The notes: generated from the sequence alone by a model not told the origin. A DNA stretch of 63,974 bases, filler included, from Craspedostauros australis (GCA_030167865.1; 11 parts of 11 records of this genome joined end to end with filler, not necessarily neighbours in it), one strand, 5' to 3'; numbered from the whole stretch's first letter, positions 43,481 to 55,822 are shown. Translations and numbers: made by a program.

Positions 43481-46400
43481 CCAGCGATGACCAGGCACAA
43501 GCGATCTTCTCCCTTCCCGCTCTTTCCCATCACTGCCTCTCCATCAACACGACATAGCACATGGCACATAGCACAAAGCACATCGCACATGGCAAATGGG
43601 ACATAGGGCGTAGAACATAGCACATAGGACGCGGCACCTCACACACCACGCACAAGACAACAACCGCCAGTGGACGGGTGACATCGTATCGAGCATCTGT
43701 ACGAGACAAACGAGACAGCCTCATGGTTCAAGCGAGGCTCAATGTCGGCATGCCATGGTGCGTGTGTCGATGGGATCGATGGATGAGCGGACTGCGCTGC
43801 TTGGCAGTTGACGAAGTTGGATGGATGATGATGGTGACTACGATGCTAGCGATGATGATGATGTATTGCAATGGAGCATGGTATTTTTCACACCTGACGA
43901 TTCTCGCATGCCCAACCTTGCTTCCCCTTTGTTTGCTCGTCTGTATTTCATGCTGAGATTGCAGCGAAGGATGCGAGAGAGCCGTCAAGACTGTGCTATC
44001 CAACGTTGAAGGTAAGCAGAGAAGAACAGAACAGAGGAGAACACAGCAAAGGAGTGCTGGAGTCTCTTCGAGGATGTACGGTATGCCGGACTCTGCACAA
44101 TTGCAATTGGATGCCACGTGCTCTTGGCGGTGAGGATGGATGGACAGCGCAATTCACCATGCCGTGACGACTTGTCCCACTCCACGCGGACATTACTGGC
44201 ATTGGTTGCCCCACGCCACAACGTTGCGTCGCATCCCTCAAGCTTGTGTCGGAACAGTCCCTCCAATGGCATTTCTCCCTCAAGAAAAACAACGCTGCAC
44301 TATTGCAGGTGGCAGCGACGTCCCGACGGATTGGAGGACAAAGACGGTGCTGGTGGAGGCATCGGCAACGACGCCGAAGGAATTGATGCTGAAGAAGCTG
44401 CAAAAGGTGAGGCGGACGAGTCGGAAACAGAACGATGTCTCCCAATGATCGTCGTGTGAAAGCTGAGCACGTGATCGACTCAAGTTGATAGATGCGCGCG
44501 AATTGCAACAGCCCACCATGGATGGCGACGCACTCACTACTCTGCTCTACTTGTTTCACGTTTCATTCCATCTTGGTGGAGCATCGCTTGCCTGGCGTCG
44601 TCAATGCGCGTATATCCTGCCTTGCGCGTTAGTGGAGCGTTGCAAGCGGGAAGTCGGTGGAGCTGGCAGAATGAAATCTGGACAAGAAGAATAAGAATTG
44701 CGCAGTCTCCCAGTGGAGAGACGATGTGCGCCCAGTCGCACGTATGGTATGTCGATCAGACCCATGGCAGCAATGATATCCCAATCAAGGCAATGCCGCC
44801 ACCATTTCGAATGTGCAAACCACAGGCAACCAATCATGTTGTATCCCATGTGTAGAGATGGGTGCATCGTGAATCCGAAGGCGGAGGAGGAAATGAAGTG
44901 TGGGAGGAATGCGACTGAGAGAAGAAACGCGATCGGTGAAATATCTCGGAATGCCGATGAATGAAATCAAAGCCGAGCTGAGGCATGCACGCATGCATGA
45001 ATGCGTGGGTGGCAGAGTAGAAGCCAGCATCGACACCAGCGCCACAGGCAATGCTTGGATACGCATCCATTCCAGACTCCATACGTACACACGATACAAC
45101 AACAATGCTCAATCACCAACGATATGATGGATTGAATTGGACTCAAGAGGAATAATAGGATGTAGTGCGAGTGTGCTACAGCCGTGATAGGCCTGAATTG
45201 GAACAAAACAAGATGCAGAAGACAGTGCAGTAGGGTATGATCTGTGTGAGTTCAGTTGAGTTGAGTTGAATTTAGTCGAATAGAGAGAGCTTGCCAATAG
45301 CGGATGGGCTCTTGTCTCGTGATACTCTGCGCCACTCGAGGACTTTGCATTCCTTGAACCAAACATGAGTAACTCGTGGACAAACTCTCGCCGAGTTGAC
45401 TAGTTCGACTATTTGGCGCATCACGCGACCCAACGGACAAGGAAGACACGGGTCCACTTTCTCGCAAACCAACACCAACAACAATGCGAGACACACACAC
45501 CACCATGGCAAAAAGGTCATCGTTCTGGCCGTCCGACAAAAACCAACCAAGTCGACAGTCGAATCCATTGGCACAACGCTCCGACGCTCCCACGCTCCCA
45601 CGCTCCCATCCACATTCACATTCACATTCACATCCACACTCCAGCGTTCCAAGGCAGACCCAAGGCAGACCCAAGGCAGACCCAAGCCAAAACAAGACAA
45701 TGTCCTTCAATCCACCACCCCCACCGCCACCAGGCGGCGGAGGATTCCGTCCTCCACCTCCACGCGCAGCCGGTGGAGGGTTTGTGCCGCCGCAGCCTGC
45801 AGCCGGTGCGGGGTTTGCTCCTCCTCCTCCTCCAGCGGCCGGAGGGTTTGCTCCCCCTCCTCCACCGCCGCCGGGTGGCATGCAGCAGCTCAATCAGGGC
45901 ATGGCCAACATGGGCTTCCAACCCAAACCACCTGGCCCACCGCAGGGGTAAGTCCAGCGTCGGCGCGCGAACATTTCTCGCGTTGCTTGGATCACTCGTG
46001 TTCTCGAGTCATGCCGCGTTGCATTTGGCAATGCCGACCAGACATGCTTTGCGTTGCATGGTGTTGCATTGTATTCTATAATATCATGGAATGTAATGCT
46101 TCATTGTGCTGTGTACAGGGCTTTGCTGTGCACTCATGCAAGACGTGGCACGGACATGAAGACAGGCACAACATCCCGGCATGCACGGACATGTCTGGAT
46201 TGATCTGCAAAGCATGTTTCGTGTCCACCCAAAGACATATATATGTATTACAATCCATGATCTTTATTTGCCCAACTTCCTCCATCAACTCACACTCGGA
46301 TCGCTCTGCAATCGCCCTTGCAAACGCTCCTGCAACCACACCGTTGCAACCACACCGTCGCACTTCATTCATCAACGTCGACGTCTCTCTGGTGGATGCC

Positions 46401-46948
46401 ATCGGCCCAATCAATCCATCCCACGATCCCCGAATGCGTCAATGTGCACGTGGACGACGGTTACTCCAAATCAAACGCCCTCCTCGCTCAATCATACTCG
46501 CACTCTCTGCTTCCCTGCGCCTCTCTGTCCAATGAACAAACGACCGATGCACGCCCAACATCATCTTCGTCGCAATGACCATCCGACATGCTTCAGTTTC
46601 CACCCGCCTCCGCCACCAGGGCCAGGAGCGGGCCCAGGACAAGCACCGCCACCACCAGGGCCACCGCGTGCTGGCATGTTTCAACCACCGCCCCCTGGCG
46701 CTCCCCAGCAACCCATGTCGGCACCGCCTCCTCCGGGACCACCGATGCAAGCAGGCGCACCAGCGCAACCTCCAGGTGGTCAATTTTATCCGCAGGCGCC
46801 CAACCAGGGACAGATGAACCGATCCGCTCCACCGCCAGGACCAGGCGCGGCAGCGGGCGGACAGGGTGCGCCCACACCATTCCAGGAGAACATCGACTTC
46901 AGCATCCAAATCCCGGATCGTCTGTGCCGTTTCAGCTGCTCCAAGATC
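43481..46948. repeat. Copy of 19986-23453
   Basis: Same contig start; identical ORFs at offset 23495. Confidence 0.95.
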
Positions 46949-47305
46949 GCGCTTGCGCAAGAAAGGAAAGATACCGAATTGGGCAGAACGCAGAAAGATA
47001 CTATTCGGGCCAATCAAAACAAAGAAGAACGAGAACCCTTGATAACTGAAGCTCGTAATCCGACACAACGCAATACACGAAGCAGCAACGCACAACAGTT
47101 TCCAATCTCTGAGAGCAGGGACGGACGACCAGGAATACCATCATCCTCAGCAACACATCACCAGAGATACAGGCGCACTGATCATCCTTGGATGGACACG
47201 AGACTCTTGCATCCACATCCACATCCACAACCAAACAAGGCAGAGAGTACGATCACGTGTGCCCGTAAACAACGACGACAACGAAACAAACAGGATTGCT
47301 CTTGA
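45700..47305 (+). pseudogene. Truncated or chimeric SEC24 copy (Pro-rich N-terminus only, fused to unrelated sequence)
   Basis: Exon 1 (45700-45947) and the start of exon 2 (46597-46948) match SEC24. After FSCSKI the frame runs into unrelated sequence until TGA at 47303-47305. Confidence 0.7.
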
Positions 47306-47569
47306 GCACAACGCACATCATCCAAGAGAAACCTCTGATCGTCGAAGACTCCTTCTCCATGGAGTACATCGCTGACAATGATGACAGCAATTGCCTTCGT
47401 CGATGACTCTGCCCATCGCAGAAGCTTTCCTCAAAAGCATCATACCTCAACAACCATCATATCATAGAATACAATAGAATGTTATACAAAGCAACCAAAG
47501 CACATTGCCAGCAACCCAACCAACCCATTCAGTCATTCAATCGCCAACAGCGCAACCAACGGCACAACC

Positions 47570-48361
47570 ATGACCACGTTTGACAACGAACTCAATGAGA
47601 TCGCCCAAGGATTCAAGCAGAATATCAAGGTGGAGGATCGCATGCACCGTTTCAAGACGCACAGGGATTACTTCGTGGCTTCCGAAGCTGTGGACTTCTT
47701 GATCGCCAATGGTCAGGCACCGAACCGCGACGAAGCGGTCATTCTGGGCAAGGCTCTGCAGGGCGCGCCAACGACATTCACGTGGCCTCCAAGGTCTGGC
47801 CGTTGGATGAAAACAACATCACTTTGTTGAATCACGTCCATCCACCGGAATGGCAGGGTCCTATTTCAGAAAAGGGAGATGATACCGACGATCTGGTTGT
47901 CATCGGTGGTGGTACGGCCGGTCTCATCACAGCGGGTGCATCAGCAGGTGTCGGCGCACGCGTCGCAATGGTTGAGGAACACATGTTGGGCGGTGATTGG
48001 TACGTGCGAATTATTTGTTCAGGGGTAGCAACGCAACATGATCGAAGATTGCTATTAATCGCGTTGCTGTACCACATTACTCTGCCGCATTTGGATTTGA
48101 TGATTGGAAGTGCCGTCATTCTCATCATTGCCGTCGTTACCGTCCTCGCTGCTGACGTTCCTTCCCGGAATCCATACACAATCGCAATGCACGATTCCAT
48201 CCCCGCGCATCGTAAATTGCACGCTGCAACATCACAGACTCAATGTTGGTTGTGCCATCGAAGGCTATCATTCATTCGGCGAACCTTGCGCACACCATCC
48301 GCGGTGCGCGTCGATTTTGAACGCGTCATGGAACGCATACGCGAGGTGCGCAGCGACATCA
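47570..48361 (+). pseudogene. Degraded DEP-domain + pyridine nucleotide-disulfide oxidoreductase (mercuric reductase/LPD-like) gene; intron 48000-48237; runs off contig end
   Basis: DEP-like IKVEDRMHRFKTHRDYFVASEAVDFLIANG..NRDEAVILGKALQ. Then PLDENN..LLNHVHPPEW, DLVVIGGGTAGL, VAMVEEHMLGGD, LNVGC, PSKAIIHS and VDFERVMERIREVR, with three frame-breaking lesions. Confidence 0.85.
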
Positions 48362-48461
48362 NNNNNNNNNNNNNNNNNNNNNNNNNNNNNNNNNNNNNNN
48401 NNNNNTTAATTAATTAANNNNNNNNNNNNNNNNNNNNNNNNNNNNNNNNNNNNNNNNNNNN
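48362..48461. other. Artificial contig spacer
   Basis: 44 N + TTAATTAATTAA + 44 N. Confidence 0.97.
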
Positions 48462-48716
48462 GAAGCTTCGCGTCTTGAAGATGCTTGAGACTCATAGAGG
48501 TAGCAAGAAGATTGATTTGTAGCATCTCCTCTCCCTGCAGCCCAGTGCAGAAAGCCACAATCGTAAACATAGCCACTTCTGTGGTTCTCTTGTGCTGTGA
48601 GTGATTGTTGTCCATTTTCCATTCGTGCTCCAACAGAGCTTCCAGCCCATGGATCTCGTCAATGGTGTAGGCATGAGCTGGCTTGCAGATTTGACCAACT
48701 CTCCTGTTGGAAATCC
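48462..48716 (-). mobile_element. Remnant of a tyrosine-recombinase-like ORF (DIRS/Ngaro/Crypton-type element)
   Basis: NRRVGQICKPAHAYTIDEIHGLEALLEHEW...VAMFTIVAFCTGLQGEEMLQINL resembles the region leading to the box I GLRxxE motif, here with Arg replaced by Gln. Confidence 0.5.
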
Positions 48717-49893
48717 AGGGCTATTAGGAGCCTAATGTGCTATTCGATTGCGCCATTTTGGAACTGTGAGATCAATTTCATTACCTCCTTTCAATTCCAA
48801 TTTGATAGCAAGCATAATCCGTAGCAGCACACCATGATCATATGCATGTCCATGATTGCTTTCATCTACTTCATCATCATCTTGCTCTCTCTCTCTCTTG
48901 CAGTTTCATCATGCATTTCAGCTCCATCGTAGCTGTTCTCCATTTGAGCAGTACTTCTTGTAACCTTACGGGTACCTCTGCATGGGTCTCACATTGATCA
49001 GTCTCACATCATCATCGATTCTTCAGTATTGCTCCCACACCACCACCACATCATCTGCAATCATGTTTGTCAGATGTTGCATTGTCATTCATGCTCTTGG
49101 GTGGCTTGGGGATTGCCTCTGTTTCTACTTCTCACCCTTTCTCCCTTTGGGGTGACTCCAGAGTGTCTCTGTCCATTGAGGCACGTCAAATATTTGGGAT
49201 TTATTGATTGCATCGCACATAGTTGTGACTCATGCACAGGTACATCCCTAGTGCTCAAATCCCAGGTTTGCGCTCATTTCCATGAAGGGTCATGGACAGA
49301 CTCTATCTTGGGACATAACTGGATTTGGTGCCAGACAAATGGTTGTGTGAGGTGGGACAAGCTACAAGGTTGTCCGAGTGTGATCAACCAGAGTTGAATC
49401 TATTGAGTGTAAAAACAATATTGGGGGGTGCGGCAACCATGGGTATAGCAACAAAGTCATACCCCCGATTCCCGACATTCGTTGGCGTTGAAGTTTTGTG
49501 AAGGCGGAAGGTGTCACAGCCGCTGATGGACAGACGACAAGACTGATTCAGTCGATCGCAATTGTGACGCAGTCGTGGATAACAGTCAGAGGACTCGACA
49601 TTCGTTGTTCGCATTTTCCTTCTGCCGAAGATCTCAGTGTTCGCTTGGTGGCGAAAATGCGTGTGAACTGCGCGCAACACAACGCAACACAACGCAGCAC
49701 ATGCCTTCCTTTTGTGGAAGGATGTTGCGCAGAGTGCAGATCTCTTGCCTTTTGATGTTGTGGGCACTCATAGCCGCAGTCTGCACCATACTTGTGCGAC
49801 CTCCTACGAACATTCGTTGCTGAGGTTCATCGTATCGCATCCAAACTTCTCCATAACAAAAATAGCATAATACTTCAACACAACATCGAACCC

Positions 49894-50529
49894 ATGGATC
49901 GAGCAGACCTCAAGCGTAAGCGCCAGGCAGAGGCGGAAGTACCGACGACGATGCCAGAGCCTTCCGAGAGCGATGAGGAGGACTGTCTGGAGGCAACGGC
50001 GCTTTGGAGGATGTGGGAAGCGGTGGGGCATCTCGAACCTCTTCGTCTTGATCCTTGTGTCGTCAAAGATACGAAGAGAAGCGCCAACAATGTTCCGAGC
50101 ACTGCTGCGAATCAAGGCGGGACCGCAGAATGCAAGTCGTCCATTGTCAGCAGCAACAGCAGCGACAGCAAGGAAAAGATGACCGAGGCACGATTGGTCT
50201 TTGACATCTTCATCGCGCATGGATCCGGATTCTGCGACTTCAAGACGCTCATGCGGTGCTGCCTCACCAGCAAGACCATGTTCAACGATACCATGCACGG
50301 CATTCGCGAACGTCGCATGTGCAAGTACTTCCTCCTCACGCGGGATACGAAAGAGGCAGCCGGGCATGCTGTGATCGGAGGGTGGGATGCATTCATCAAC
50401 TTCTTGATGCGCGTGGCACATCTCATCCAATCGTCATTCGCGAAGTTGGGTATGCACACACCGCCAAAGCTGTATCGTGCGTTGATGGCACAGCAAGCAA
50501 TCCGATCACTGGACGATTCGCCTCATCCG
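49894..50529 (+). CDS. Hypothetical protein with F-box-like segment, 3' truncated by contig end
   Basis: Starts MDRADLKRKR. VFDIFIAHGSGFCDFKTLMRCCLTSK resembles an F-box core. Confidence 0.5.
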
Positions 50530-50629
50530 NNNNNNNNNNNNNNNNNNNNNNNNNNNNNNNNNNNNNNNNNNNNTTAATTAATTAANNNNNNNNNNNNNNN
50601 NNNNNNNNNNNNNNNNNNNNNNNNNNNNN
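50530..50629. other. Artificial contig spacer
   Basis: 44 N + TTAATTAATTAA + 44 N. Confidence 0.97.
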
Positions 50630-50884
50630 GAAGCTTCGCGTCTTGAAGATGCTTGAGACTCATAGAGGTAGCAAGAAGATTGATTTGTAGCATCTCCTCT
50701 CCCTGCAGCCCAGTGCAGAAAGCCACAATCGTAAACATAGCCACTTCTGTGGTTCTCTTGTGCTGTGAGTGATTGTTGTCCATTTTCCATTCGTGCTCCA
50801 ACAGAGCTTCCAGCCCATGGATCTCGTCAATGGTGTAGGCATGAGCTGGCTTGCAGATTTGACCAACTCTCCTGTTGGAAATCC
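50630..50884 (-). mobile_element. Second-haplotype copy of the tyrosine-recombinase-like remnant
   Basis: Identical translation to 48462-48716. Confidence 0.5.
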
Positions 50885-52081
50885 AGGGCTATTAGGAGCC
50901 TAATGTGCTATTCGATTGCGCCATTTTGGAACTGTGAGATCAATTTCATTACCTCCTTTCAATTCCAATTTGATAGCAAGCATAATCCGTAGCAGCACAC
51001 CATGATCATATGCATGTCCATGATTGCTTTCATCTACTTCATCATCATCTTGCTCTCTCTCTCTCTTGCAGTTTCATCATGCATTTCAGCTCCATCGTAG
51101 CTGTTCTCCATTTGAGCAGTACTTCTTGTAACCTTACGGGTACCTCTGCATGGGTCTCACATTGATCAGTCTCACATCATCATCGATTCTTCAGTATTGC
51201 TCCCACACCACCACCACATCATCTGCAATCATGTTTGTCAGATGTTGCATTGTCATTCGTGCTCTTGGGTGGCTTGGGGATTGCCTCTGTTTCTGCTTCT
51301 CACCCTTTCTCCCTTTGGGGTGACTCCAGAGTGTCTCTGTCCATTGAGGCACGTCAACTATTTGGGATTTATTGATTGCATCGCACATAGTCGTGACTCA
51401 TGCACAGGTACATCCCGAGTGCTCAAATCCCAGGTTTGCGCCCATTTCCATGATGGGTCATGGACAGACTCTATCTTGGGACATAACTGGATTTGGTGCC
51501 AGACAAATGGTTGTGTGAGGTGGGACAAGCTACAAGGCTGTCCGAGTGTGATCAACCAGAGTTGAATCTATTGAGTGCGAAAAACAATATTGGGAGGTGC
51601 GGCAACCATGGGTATAACAACAAGTCTTTACCACCGGTTCCCGACATTCGTTGGCGTTGAAGTCTTGTGAAGGCGGAAGGTGCCACAACCGCTGATGGAC
51701 AGACGACAAGACTGATTCAGTCGATCGCAATTGCGACGTAGTCGTGGATACCAGCCAGAGAGCTCGACATTCGTTGTTCGCATTTTCCTTCTGCCGAAGA
51801 TCTCAGTGTTCGCTTGGTCGCGAACATGTGTGTGAACTGCGTGCCGCATGGGACAACGCAACACAACACAACACAACACAACACAACACACGCCTTCCTT
51901 TTGCGGAAGGATGTTGTGCAGAGTGCAGATCTCTTGCCTTTTGATGTTGTGGGCACTCATAGTCGCAGTCTGCACCATACTTGTGCGACCTCCTACGAAC
52001 ATTCGTTGCTGGGTTCATCGTATCGCATCCAAACTTCTCCATAACAAAAATAGCATAATACTTCAACACAACATCGAACCC

Positions 52082-52717
52082 ATGGATCGAGCAGACCTCA
52101 AGCGTAAGCGCCAGGCAGAGGCGGAAGTACCGACGACGATGCCAGAGCCTTCCGAGAGCGATGAGGAGGACTGTCTGGAGGCAACGGCGCTTTGGAGGAT
52201 GTGGGAAGCGGTGGGGCATCTCGAACCTCTTCGTCTTGATCCTTGTGTCGTCAAAGATACGAAGAGAAGCGCCAACAATGTTCCGAGCACTGCTGCGAAT
52301 CAAGGCGGGACCGCAGAATGCAAGTCGTCCATTGTCAGCAGCAACAGCAGCGACAGCAAGGAAAAGATGACCGAGGCACGATTGGTCTTTGACATCTTCA
52401 TCGCGCATGGATCCGGATTCTGCGACTTCAAGACGCTCATGCGGTGCTGCCTCACCAGCAAGACCATGTTCAACGATACCATGCACGGCATTCGCGAACG
52501 TCGCATGTGCAAGTACTTCCTCCTCACGCGGGATACGAAAGAGGCAGCCGGGCATGCTGTGATCGGAGGGTGGGATGCATTCATCAACTTCTTGATGCGC
52601 GTGGCACATCTCATCCAATCGTCATTCGCGAAGTTGGGTATGCACACACCGCCAAAGCTGTATCGTGCGTTGATGGCACAGCAAGCAATCCGATCACTGG
52701 ACGATTCGCCTCATCCG
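52082..52717 (+). CDS. Second-haplotype copy of the F-box-like hypothetical protein (partial)
   Basis: Identical translation to 49894-50529. Confidence 0.5.
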
Positions 52718-52817
52718 NNNNNNNNNNNNNNNNNNNNNNNNNNNNNNNNNNNNNNNNNNNNTTAATTAATTAANNNNNNNNNNNNNNNNNNNNNNNNNNN
52801 NNNNNNNNNNNNNNNNN
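52718..52817. other. Artificial contig spacer
   Basis: 44 N + TTAATTAATTAA + 44 N. Confidence 0.97.
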
Positions 52818-53634
52818 GTATTTCCTGTATCTCCGTGTACGCAGCCAATGTTTGGGAACTTCACGATCTGTGATCGGAGCGTTTCTGGAAAACGGGTGCA
52901 TGCTTTGCTCCAGATTTATAGGATTCCTCCGTCATGGATGAGGATATAAAGCGGCGATGCCCTAAGTATTGGATTCTGATTTCCCATGGGCGTTTGGTGT
53001 GAATGCAATGCTCGAGGCGAATCGGCAATTCGACACGTGAATAGTGGGGTGGTTCTGATTGTTGATGCATTGTAATCAGAGATCGTGCGTGGATTGCTCG
53101 CGACACGAAGAATCACCAGTTCTTTGCGCTGTGATGTGAAGCGCCCAAACGCGATTGAATCACCACAAGAATGTCGGTTGTGCATGGGCGAGCGTGAAAT
53201 ACCATTCGATGAGCGCACTCTCTGCGTCTGTTCCATCAATGCTGGATTCACGGATCGATCACGATGCCGATCAATGACAAATCGCTTTGGGCCTCTTTTG
53301 TGGAGTTCTACAGCGAGCGAGTATGTGTTGCGCGATACCGACATTCTCTGTTCCTGATTCACGAAGGTGCTGTGATCGATGAACTAATAGTCCATGTGCG
53401 CCAAAGCGCACGACACGCTCCCTTTGGGAAGTGTACCACTATTCAACTCTTCACCCTTCTTCCTCCTCCCAAACAAACATCGAAACTGCTGTGGGGTCGC
53501 CATTTGGCTCTCACATTTTTGCGACACGTGATGGGCGATTTGCGAAACGGAACAAGACGAACGCTGATGGTGAAGCCCGGGGGCATGACTATTCCAACCA
53601 AAAGAGCAATGCCCCACCTCAGAGTGCAGGTATT

Positions 53635-53670
<36 letters not shown>

Positions 53671-54676
53671 GAAACAAACAGAACAGATAAAAGTAAAGCA
53701 AGCTCTTGTCGTGTGCTCTGTGATACCCCTGCTCTTGAACACTGTGATACTATACGTCTCAGGGCATGTATCTACTCGTGAACTGCTCATGTCTCCGACA
53801 GGGTCCAAGAAAGTCAGCAAAGGCACGAACATTGCAAACGCAATGCAAATGCAAATGCAAATGACTGTGCTCCATCTTTCGCACTCTTGGGAGTCTGCGG
53901 TACTGCTTCATGGGTGCGAATCGACATGCCCGCCCTTTCCGATGCTCCTGGGATTGGCATCTCTCCCAGAAGATGATCGCCGGAGGATGGCAACTCACTC
54001 CCTGGCGAGATCCATTCGGGACAGCACATGACGTGCCAAGTGTGCACTCTTTCGTAGAGTATTCTCCTCTGGAGAGGACTCTGTTTGTCTCTCATTGTGT
54101 ATGAGTTTGTAGGTATTGGTAGAGAGAGGCGCCTCTCCCGCATTCGATCCTCGTACAATGAACAGTGGAGTTCCTGGCGAGGCACACGATTGCACATTCT
54201 CGCCAATACCCATTTTCGGGATGCCGTGTTACGCTGGACGCATGATGCTCGTGCGAGGAGTTTCGCAGTGACCACCATGCATGCACGCGTGCAGAGTTCA
54301 AGCATCGCGAGTCACGAACCAGAGTTGGCGCTGCCGTCAAAGAAGCCCAACATCCTTCACGCCTCCTTCTCACAGGAAGCAATCCTCGGCAAACAAATGC
54401 AACTCTCTCGCCTCTTCTCTACTCAACGCTCTTCTCTTCTTCCTCGTCGAACGATCTAAGTCCTCCCTCTTCGTAGGTCCTCGTGGGAAGCGCGGTAAAT
54501 ACGTTATAGGCGTCGTTTTCCTATGGGACTCCATCAGTAGTCCAAGTAGTCCGTGTCGGACACGTCGATTGTCTACAACGTACTACCATAGTCATCCCAT
54601 CAGCATTGTTTGATCACGGCTAATCCATGTATTCGCTAAATGTGTTATTGTTGTTTGTGTGTGTTTTGGGGGTCAT

Positions 54677-55287
54677 CTACTCGGTCTGTGTGCTTTCGTC
54701 TTCGTCTTCGTCTTCGTCTTCGTCGAAGTTCTCCTCTTCTTCGTAGTCGTATTCGTCCTCGCTTTCGCTGTCGCTGTCGCTAGCGGCGATCAGGTCAATC
54801 AATTCTGGAGCACGTCTGCGGCGTTTGGTTTTTGCGATTCGCGGTTGGCGGGCGCTGGAGGGAACAGCTGAGGGAACAGGTGCGGGAATCTGGAAAGAAG
54901 TCGGGATGGAAGGAACAGGGCGTTCTGGAGCGCGACGAGCGCGTCCGCGAGAAACAGAACGGCGCGAAGCACGAGCAGCCGTCTTCGTCATGTCCACAGC
55001 CACATGAGTGGATTTTTTGCGAGGGAACTGTGCGGTGGAAAAGAAAACAGATGTGTGAGTCAAAATGATCGAGTCATGAACAACAAACGATCTTGTTTTC
55101 GCAGGGACTTGCTTACGTTTCCAGACCTTCCGAAACGGGTTCCTCGGCGAGCACGAGCAGGTGGTGCACGAGCAGTTGGCGCACGAGCCAATGGCACACG
55201 AGCAGAAGAGGGGATCAACAACAACTCGTCCTCGTCAGATGAAGAAAAGCCATCGTCGCTCTTCGCGACTCCGACGTTATGGTTCAT
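54677..55287 (-). CDS. Small disordered nuclear-type protein (173 aa); exons 55287-55117 and 55027-54677
   Basis: An 89-nt GTAAGC..CAG phase-0 intron with a pyrimidine tract joins two ORFs in frame. Arg/Ala-rich, with KTKRRRR, ELIDLIAASDSDSESEDE and an acidic tail. Confidence 0.6.
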
Positions 55288-55363
55288 TGTTTGTTTGCGT
55301 CTGTAGCGTGCCAAGTTTTTTGCTGTGTGTGTCACAGGATTTGTGCTGTACACCGGCACCAAG

Positions 55364-55463
55364 NNNNNNNNNNNNNNNNNNNNNNNNNNNNNNNNNNNNN
55401 NNNNNNNTTAATTAATTAANNNNNNNNNNNNNNNNNNNNNNNNNNNNNNNNNNNNNNNNNNNN
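55364..55463. other. Artificial contig spacer
   Basis: 44 N + TTAATTAATTAA + 44 N. Confidence 0.97.
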
Positions 55464-55772
55464 CTCCACTCCACAACAAAACGTAATCCTGTCAAACAGA
55501 AGGATAACATACCACACCACCCACGCTCGCGCCAGTTGATCACCCTTCTCACAAAACGAAAGCACGACGTCCCACGACGCGATTGAGCACATTCCTGAAC
55601 AGACATCAAAACAGACTATCAATCTTCAGAACGAAGCAGCTTGAAGTTCCGCAACCATTCGTCAAATAGTGGCGCGTGCACGATCATATTCTCTGCGCTC
55701 TACACGAAAATCATCACATCCTCCGGCCACTGCAACTGCGACAACAGCAAGAGCGATCACAACAACAAGAGC

Positions 55773-55822
55773 AGTAGTAGTAGCAGCAGCAGCAGCAACA
55801 ACAACAACAACAACAACAACAA
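55773..55822. repeat. Compound (AGT)(AGC)(AAC) microsatellite
   Basis: Direct reading. Confidence 0.8.

Larger units (their letters stand above)
48462..50529. repeat. Haplotype A of allelic contig pair (B = 50630-52717)
   Basis: Same start (gaagcttcgcgtc) and end (cctcatccg). SNPs and a net 20-bp length difference in the middle. Confidence 0.93.

Noticed and set aside
48462..52717. Tandem duplication of a 2.1-kb unit
   Set aside because: Two separate contigs with the same ends and internal SNPs; best read as two alleles, not a tandem repeat.
52818..54600. Several 100-250-aa ORFs
   Set aside because: No motifs, interrupted by microsatellites, no consistent strand.
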